Shown here one piece after another: positions 57,088-64,000 of a stretch of 64,000 bases of DNA. Within the stretch, counting starts at the first letter, position 1. The number at the start of each line of letters is the position of its first letter. A model generated the notes under the pieces. It was not told where the DNA came from and ran no database searches. It saw only the letters and a program-made list of their open reading frames with translations. The DNA comes from a virus (lineage: Duplodnaviria; Caudoviricetes), in the IMG/VR virus record IMGVR_UViG_3300042196_000163, positions 1 to 64,000 of that record. One strand, given 5' to 3'. A program made the translations under genes and the position numbers.

Positions 57088-58455
57088 TCATCGGATGTGC
57101 GTCTCCCGGTCCTCGATGATCAAAGTGCCGCGAAGCGTGCGCCCGCCGGCTTCAATGAACGACCGTACCGCCTGTTCGAGAGCATCCATCGGCAGGTGCG
57201 AGCGCAAGGCTTCGAGATCGAGCGCCTGGCGATCGATCGGCGTGAACACCCATGCGCGCTGGCTGACCGCCAGAGAGTTGAATTCGCCATGGACGTTGGA
57301 GAGCTCCGACGGCTTCGCCATGTAGCGGCGGGCGGCTCGATCGCCGGCGGCCTCCTCGCGATCGGCCTCACCGTCGGTCTTGATGGCATCTTTGAGACCG
57401 CGGGCGGCGGCCTTCTCGTTGAGCGTGGCAACGACGCCGTGCGCTTTGGCGGAGTCCGCGGCGGCATCGACGGCCGTCTCGGCGGTGTCGGCACTCTGCT
57501 GCGCCAGGCCGGCGGTCTCGCGGGCGGCGTCAGCGGCGGCGCGCGCGCGGGCGGCCTCCTCTTCGCGGGCCTTCTCTTCTTGACGGAGGCGCTCGGCTTC
57601 GGCCTCCCGCTCCTTGGCTTTCCGTTCGCGCTCTTCGGCCTCGGCCTGAGCCTTCTCTGCGGCCTTGCGCTTGCGGTCGCTCTCCTCGGCCTCGGCCTGC
57701 GCCGCCTCGGCCTTCTTGCGCTGCTCATCCGCGCGCGCCTGCTCCTCGGCGGCCTTCTTCTCGGCGCGTTCCCGCTCCTCGCGGGCTTCATCCGCCTTGC
57801 GTTTTTCCTCTTTGGCGACGCGCTCGGCTTCCTTGCGGGCGACCTCGGCCTCGGCGGCCTTGCGCTGTTCGTCCTTGGCGCGCACCTCGGCTTCATCCCG
57901 CTCGCGCTTTGCCTTGGCCTCGGCCTCGCGCGCAACCCGCGCCTTCTCCTCGGCTTCGGCGGCTTCGCGGGCTTTGCGATCTGCCTCGTCGCGGAGTTCC
58001 TTCTCCTTCGCCTCGCGCTTCCGCTGCTCCTCGAGCGCCCGCTGCCGGGCAGCCTCCTCCTTCACCTTCTGGTAGGCGGTCAGCCGCGGCTTCAGATCTT
58101 CGATCGACTGGTCGAGTGGATTGATCAGCTTGAGGAAGAACGTCTGCACCGTCTTCGCCAGATCGTCGAAGGGGCGCTTGCGGCTCTTGCGGCGCTCGTC
58201 CAGGGCTGAGACGACGCCCTTCGCCTTGCGAAGCCAATCAGTCAGCTTCGCGGCCTGTGCCTCATCCTCGATCACATCAGGGATGTGTTTGATCTCGGCC
58301 TCGCACTCGATCTTCTTCGCCAGCAGGTCGAGGTTCTCCTCGTCGAGCTTGGTGCTGAGGATTTCGATGTCGGATGGCGGCGCGTTCCCGCCGATGGCGA
58401 GGCGGGGATCCTCGACCATGTCTTCGGAGGTGATGGCGATGGCGGCGTCGGTCAT
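57088..58455 (-). CDS. Phage protein with a long charged coiled-coil insertion
   Basis: IGGNAPP N-terminus, RKSRKRPF, and a central E/A/K/R-rich region of roughly 200 aa. Confidence 0.7.
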   Translation of the reverse strand: MTDAAIAITSEDMVEDPRLAIGGNAPPSDIEILSTKLDEENLDLLAKKIECEAEIKHIPDVIEDEAQAAKLTDWLRKAKGVVSALDERRKSRKRPFDDLAKTVQTFFLKLINPLDQSIEDLKPRLTAYQKVKEEAARQRALEEQRKREAKEKELRDEADRKAREAAEAEEKARVAREAEAKAKRERDEAEVRAKDEQRKAAEAEVARKEAERVAKEEKRKADEAREERERAEKKAAEEQARADEQRKKAEAAQAEAEESDRKRKAAEKAQAEAEERERKAKEREAEAERLRQEEKAREEEAARARAAADAARETAGLAQQSADTAETAVDAAADSAKAHGVVATLNEKAAARGLKDAIKTDGEADREEAAGDRAARRYMAKPSELSNVHGEFNSLAVSQRAWVFTPIDRQALDLEALRSHLPMDALEQAVRSFIEAGGRTLRGTLIIEDRETHIR

Positions 58456-58895
58456 GATTGCGCTCCTTGGTCGGGCGGTGCAGGCTCAGCCGGCTTCGCG
58501 GCACCGGCAGCCGCGGCCTGCGCGGCACTGGCGCGGGCGGTGCGGACCTGGCTCATCGCCGTTAGATGGGCCATCAGTTCCATGACGGCCTGGCGCCGGA
58601 AGGCGATTATCCTATCCAGCTCCGCGAGCTCGGAACGAATGCTGGCGGCGCGATCGACGTGCTCCGCAAGGTCCCGGACATTCTGCTTGAGCGCGTTCTC
58701 AATGACCCTCTCACCAGGCGCCAGGGCATCCGGGGCGCCGAGCGGTATCCTTCGTGGCGCCAAGAATCCGCGGACGTGGACCAGCAGGGCGTCGGATTCG
58801 CTCGGCGTATCGATCGGGTCGAAGTCGGGGTCGGTCATTGAACTCTCTTCTGTCGGCGATGTAGTGGGCGAAGCTACGGCTCCGCCCACTGCTGG

Positions 58896-59528
58896 CTATT
58901 TCGTGGCGGCCTGTTGCTTCTGTTCGTCGGTGTAGTTCATCGCCGCGCCGGTCGTGTCGTAGGCAGCGCGCATATCCGCGGTCGCTGCCATCGTCGCGCG
59001 AAGATTTCCGACCGAGGATTTGATGGTCTGGCTTGCCGCCACGCCATAACTTGCGGCCTGCGCCGCGTTGTCGAAATCAGCGCCGAGGAAAATGACCTGC
59101 CAGCCCTTGCCACGGCACTCGTCGAGCATGGCCTTGGCTGCCGCGTGAGTGAGCTCCTTGCTGGAGTTCTCCTGGCCATCGGTCACGATGATGATTGCCA
59201 CCTTCTCGTATTGCTCGCCGCCGCCGTTGATGCCGGCTTTGGCCATCGTGACGATCTGGCCGATCGCGTCGTTGAGCGGAGTCCAGCCCCGCGGCTGCGC
59301 ATCCTCGTTGGATACGGCCTTCCATGTCGACGGCGTGATTCGGGAGCGGATGATCTCGAACTTCAGGTCGCCGGCCGGCTTGTCGAAGGTGGCGAGCGTC
59401 ACGCCAGTATCGACGTTGTTCTTCGCCAGCTTCTCCACGTAGGCGTTGATCGCGGCAAGCGCTTCCGGCCATTTGCCGGCCTCGCTCATGGATTGCGAGC
59501 GATCGAGCAGGATGAAATCGTGTTGCAT
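58896..59528 (-). CDS. vWA domain protein
   Basis: MIDAS motif LLDRSQSM, TPLNDA, IVTDGQEN. Confidence 0.9.
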   Translation of the reverse strand: MQHDFILLDRSQSMSEAGKWPEALAAINAYVEKLAKNNVDTGVTLATFDKPAGDLKFEIIRSRITPSTWKAVSNEDAQPRGWTPLNDAIGQIVTMAKAGINGGGEQYEKVAIIIVTDGQENSSKELTHAAAKAMLDECRGKGWQVIFLGADFDNAAQAASYGVAASQTIKSSVGNLRATMAATADMRAAYDTTGAAMNYTDEQKQQAATK

Positions 59529-59552
59529 TGCTTCGTCCTTTCTTGGGTTAGC

Positions 59553-59957
59553 TCATACGAAGAGCCGAGGGATATTCAACGGATCGATCTTCTTGCGGGG
59601 GTTTGCCTTCGGATCGGCAGGGCTGTAGCGATGCGCCCAGCGGGATTCGGCCAGCAGAAATTCGAACTCGCTCGCAGTGATCGGCTCGCCGAAATGCCAG
59701 ACCCTATGCGCCTCGACGTCTTCGCCGTTGATCTCGGCGCAGATCAGGCGCGGGCGTTCGGTCGGCTCGCCGGTGAAGGGGTCCATCGGGCAGGGGATGT
59801 ATATGCGCGCGCAAACCCACGGGCCCCCGCGCACCAGGCGCAGGCGGAAAAAGCCGGGCTGCGGCTGGTCAACGATACGCGCGGCCTCGGTCAAGCGATC
59901 CTCCGCAACGCAGGCGCTGGCGCCACGCTCGGGATCAGCGGCGACGCCTTGCGGCAC
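59553..59957 (-). CDS. Hypothetical phage protein
   Basis: QPGFFRLRLVRGGPWV...NPRKKIDPL. Confidence 0.6.
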   Translation of the reverse strand: MPQGVAADPERGASACVAEDRLTEAARIVDQPQPGFFRLRLVRGGPWVCARIYIPCPMDPFTGEPTERPRLICAEINGEDVEAHRVWHFGEPITASEFEFLLAESRWAHRYSPADPKANPRKKIDPLNIPRLFV

Positions 59958-60126
59958 TCGTCGGCCTTCTGCTCATATTCGGCCGCCAGGCGCAGATGCT
60001 CATCGGCGTGCGGACTGTAGATGCCGAGATCGCGCGCATGGTCGAGGCGGGCTTGCGCTTTGCCGCGCCACCAGCCTTCGAGGCGTTCGAGGAATTCGAG
60101 GCATATCTTGCAGTCTCGCATCGGTT

Positions 60127-60351
60127 TCACGGCGCGATCTCCCATAAGTTCCGCGCGAACCCCGTCGGCCCGGACACGACGCCGGCGACGCGGATCACAC
60201 CTTCGTTCTTCAATTCGCTCAGCGTCCGACCGAGGTTGCTGTCGCGCTTATCGAGCGGCAACCCGATGGATTCTGCGATCTCATGCGTCTGCATCGGCAG
60301 GCGGCCTTGCATCGCGGCGAGAATGGCGGCGCGGTAGTTCATCGGTGTCAC
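60127..60351 (-). CDS. Small winged-HTH protein
   Basis: THEIAESIGL...LSELKNEGVI. Confidence 0.55.
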   Translation of the reverse strand: MTPMNYRAAILAAMQGRLPMQTHEIAESIGLPLDKRDSNLGRTLSELKNEGVIRVAGVVSGPTGFARNLWEIAP

Positions 60352-62760
60352 CTCAGCGAACGATGAAGGTTGCGACGACGCCCGCGATCAGCGCGAACGT
60401 CAGACCGATCCCGGTTGTGTGCCGGTTGATGCCGATGAGGGCGACGGCGATCCAGATGCCCGCGACAGCGATGCCGGCTCCGTCGGTCATGGCGCCGGCC
60501 CGCCGAGCGCCGCCGCCAGCATGGCGATCGAGACGATGGCGATCATCACCGCGAGCTCGCCCCAGGACCACGGCCGCGTGCCGAGAAAGCCAGTCATGTC
60601 GGCACCCGCTCACGCTGCTTCGGCGCGACCAGCTCGTGCGCCCACGCAATATCTGTCTTGCGCTCCTGGACGGGGCGGAAGCGATGCGCGCGATAGCCGG
60701 CATCGCCGCCATCGGTCGCCCGGCAAATCGGGCCGCGCGCCAACTCGAAAAACTGAAGATAGGGATATCCATCATGGGTTCGATAGGCGCGTGAAACAGT
60801 ATAAATTGCCCCTTCCGTTGGGCCGTCATTGTCGACCCAGGAACCGACACCGCTGGATGCATCCACGCAAACCACTTTCTGCCCGATGTAAAACGCCATC
60901 TCCATGTCTCCCTGTGTCACGCCAGCCGTACCCGCGCGATGGTCTCGAGCTGGTGCCGAGTCAGCCAGTGCGCGATCATGCTGTCGCAGAGTGCCCGCCA
61001 GACCAGCGCCTCGACGTTGCCGCTGACGCGGAGAAAATGCGCCATCATCGCGAGCGCGACCTGCGCCGACCTCTCGGTCTTCTCCTCGCGCCAGAGCTGC
61101 ATGGCGAAGTCGCAATCCTCCCATGCGCGCGCGGCGCGGTCGTCGATTGCGCTCGGGACGACGACCAGGAACGGGCGCGGGGCGCGCGTCGGGAGCGGCA
61201 GCGGGGTGACGCTAGCCATTGGCGGCCCGCTTCATCTGGCGCTGCGCCTTGAACAGCCGATTGAGGTTGCCAAGGTTGTCCGAGATGCCGATCGGCCGCT
61301 TGCGGCCATACTTGTCGCGCACGATCAGCGGCGACGTCCTCGGCTGCTTCCAGCCCTTGGGTTTCTTGCTAGCCATGGTTGACCTCTTTCAAAATCGCTT
61401 CGTCCAATTGCCGCTGCGCGGCCAGCCATTCGGCGCCGGTGAGGCGGCGGGACTTATGCCCGTTGCCCTTGGCGACGCCCTCAAACTCCATCATCCGGGC
61501 GTCGGCGGAGGTCTTGGCGGTGTCGCGGATCGCAAAAAGGGAAACCACGCTGCAGTGATCGCGGACCGCGAGGAACCGCATCGCCGGATCGGCGGCGATC
61601 TCTTCCATCGTGCGGGTCGTGGTGTCGGGCGCGGTCATGACATCCCCCATTTCGCGAGCATGTAGGCGACGGCGAGGACCGCGGCGATGAGCAGCGCAGT
61701 GCGCATGACCTTGCGGTCCATCGCGCGGATCGCGGCGAGTTCTTCGGGGGTGTTGGCGCGCTCAACAGCCATGGCTCAGCCCTCCCCGCGCGCGGCGATG
61801 AACAGCTTCGCCAGCGCCATCTTCTGATCGGGCTTGCCCCAAAGCGACGCCAGCTTCTTGCCGTCGGCGTCGACGAGATAGACATGGCCGTTCCCGTCGG
61901 GCGTGCCGGGCGCAGCCGTGGTCAGGTAGGACCAGGGGCCAGCGGGCAGCGTGTCGTTGGTGGCGGCCATGGGCTAGGACTCCTCCGCCGCGGCGGCAAC
62001 GTCGAGCTTTGCGTTCAGGCGCGCGGCGATGTCGTAGGCCTGATCGATGTCGTCGACGATCGCCAGCACGTGGCCGCTGGCATTGCGCGGCAGCACCGGC
62101 CGGATATCGGCGTCCAGGGAGAAGCGATTGCCGTAGCGGCCGACGCGGATGAACCCGTAAGTCCAATCTCGAGTGCACATCTCGGTGTAGGCGGCTTCGG
62201 AAAACCCGGCCATGGCTCACTCCGCCGTCAGCGCGGCGAAGGCGGCCATCTCGACCGGGTCGAGCAGGTCGAGCGCCACGATGCCGCAGGCGAAGGCGAT
62301 CGGCGCGGCGGCGAAGGGCGCTGCCGCCGCGATCAATGCGGCGAGCGCGACCCGGCGGGCGATGATGCGCATGGCCGGCCTCACGCGAAATGACCGGCTG
62401 CCGCCGTGAGCTGGCGGAACCGACGCGCGACGTCCGGCCCCAGGCGCTGGTCGCGCGCGATATTGCGTGTCATCGCGACGATGATCCGCCCGCGATATTC
62501 GGGCTTGGCCACGAACTCTTGGGCCATGGCGGTGTAGCCGGCGGCGCGAATGGCCTCGGCGATGGCGTCAACGGTGGTGGTGATCGGGGAGGTCTGGTTG
62601 GGCACGGCGTCCACTCCATGCGAGGTTGTGGACGTCACCTTAAATCAAATTTGATATCAGTCAAGTTAAATTTGAGACCGGACTCAAAAGAGAGGCCCGG
62701 TCCTTGCGAACCGAGCCTTTATCCCCCCTCATCTTGGCTTGGCGGGAAAAGGTACGACCT

Positions 62761-63156
62761 TTATGCCCGCTTCGAAGGGCTTAAGGGGTCAACCTCATCT
62801 TTGGGAGTGGTCGCCTCCAAAACCTGATCCAGCGCTGAAATTGCCGCTGGTGAGAGCCGTCTCTCCCTAATTTTCTTTATTAACAGGGCCTTATCCGCAG
62901 TCATTGGCTCCCCCTGTTCGGCGTCGGGGTATTTCGGTCCACTTCCGTATAATAGCCACTGCTCTAAAACCTTCAACTCTCGTGCGAGCGCACCCCAGAT
63001 TGCGGGCTCTGGCGTGTTCTTCCCGCGCTCCCAGCTCGATACTGCGGCCCCTGTACGTCGGATGGCGACACCCAACGCATCCTGGCTAAACCCGCGTTCG
63101 CGCCGGGCTTCACGGAGACGTGAAGCAAATCCGTTGAAAATTATTACATCCGCCAT
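62761..63156 (-). CDS. CI-like XRE repressor lacking a peptidase domain
   Basis: RLREARRERGFSQDALG...VSSWERG...WLLYG; divergent from cro. Confidence 0.85.
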   Translation of the reverse strand: MADVIIFNGFASRLREARRERGFSQDALGVAIRRTGAAVSSWERGKNTPEPAIWGALARELKVLEQWLLYGSGPKYPDAEQGEPMTADKALLIKKIRERRLSPAAISALDQVLEATTPKDEVDPLSPSKRA

Positions 63157-63204
63157 AGGGACATCAAGCCGCGCTTGAGCCGGATTCGTCATCTAAAAAG
63201 GCGC

Positions 63205-63232
63205 TTGACAAAAAACAAATTAGATTTGAGAG
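63205..63232 (+). promoter_or_regulatory. Candidate PR promoter/operator
   Basis: TTGACA at 63205 in an AT-rich divergent intergenic region containing TAGATTTGAGA. Confidence 0.55.
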
Positions 63233-63240
63233 TGGCACCT

Positions 63241-63441
63241 ATGGATGACGGACTTTCTAAGGCGGTCGAGGCGGTCAAGACAAAGGCCAAACTCGCCGAG
63301 TTACTCGGACTCACCCCGCAGGCCATCTCGTATTGGGATCGCGTGCCGCTCGAGCGGCTGCTGGATGTCGAGCGGGTGACCGGCGTGTCGCGAGCCGTGT
63401 TGCGGCCGGACATCTTCGGGCCGGTGCGTGAAAGCGCCTGA
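63241..63441 (+). CDS. Cro/YdaS-like regulator
   Basis: LAELLGLTPQAISYW...VERVTGVSRAVLRPDIF. Confidence 0.88.
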   Translation: MDDGLSKAVEAVKTKAKLAELLGLTPQAISYWDRVPLERLLDVERVTGVSRAVLRPDIFGPVRESA

Positions 63442-63912
63442 TGGCCGCACAGGGTGAGGCCTGGCAAACGATGGATTAGGGGCTGGAATCGCTACGGCGC
63501 GCGGCAGGGGCCTGCAGCGCCGAGACTGAAGCGGGGTCTGGGTTATGAGGGTGGTAGGTCTATCCGAGCAGCGCGAGAAGCGCATCGGCCGCGGCGAGGC
63601 CGAAGACGAACCCGGCTGGGACGCGGTGATTCCTAACAGCCGTTGCCAGATTACACCGTTTCCAAAGCCCGAAATCGCCGACGCCCCCGGGGCCGCGCGC
63701 TCCGAGGACATCGCTCTCTCCGCCGCCAAGCTGGAAAGCGTTGCCCTCACCATCGCGCTGCTGCCCGCCGTCATGTCGCTGCATTTCTTCGCTCTCGGTT
63801 GTGCGTCGTTGCTGCACGTCACGAACTATGGAGGTTCGACGTGCAGCGATCATCAGGGAAGAACGGGCGGGATTTCCTCCGTGCCCAAGGGCCAAAACCC
63901 GGCAGGCAGAAC

Positions 63913-64000
63913 ATGAGCGGTGTCATCACGAACGATGTTGTCGTGGAGACGTTCGCGCAGGCGCTGCGGCGTGAGTACGGCGGCGACGCGAAGCGCGTCG
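63913..64000 (+). CDS. Partial ORF, possibly CII-like, truncated by the window end
   Basis: ATG 63913, open to the end; position after cro. Confidence 0.35.
   Translation, partial: MSGVITNDVVVETFAQALRREYGGDAKRV

Noticed and set aside
1-64000. Diversity-generating retroelement
   Set aside because: No reverse transcriptase ORF was found, and I noticed no template/variable repeat pair differing at adenines.
1-64000. Integrated prophage with host flanks
   Set aside because: No host housekeeping genes are present, and phage genes lie on both sides of an intact attP.

Overview
The whole window is one GC-rich temperate, long-tailed (siphovirus-like) phage genome segment, most likely infecting an alphaproteobacterium. 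Layout: HK97-type packaging and head genes (46-7844), with a free-standing GIY-YIG-like gene inserted after the portal. A glycosyltransferase/methyltransferase cluster follows the capsid genes (7929-12387). Next come large accessory virion proteins, neck, tail and tape measure (12672-35713) and an elaborate lysis region (35838-39014). A sugar aminotransferase/methyltransferase pair (39100-41035) precedes a divergent array of small genes around a serine recombinase (41237-47112), in which nearly every gene junction carries the same stop+RBS motif. An intact attP carrying the 5' half of tRNA-Thr(UGU) lies beside a tyrosine integrase and an excisionase-like gene (47341-48849). The leftward early region contains Bet, a DnaJ-domain protein, a vWA protein and a TnpB with a rearranged RuvC site, and the window ends with a cI/cro switch (62640-64000). 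Both sides of att are phage DNA, so this is the non-integrated form. Family assignments are from motif recognition only; no database searches were run.
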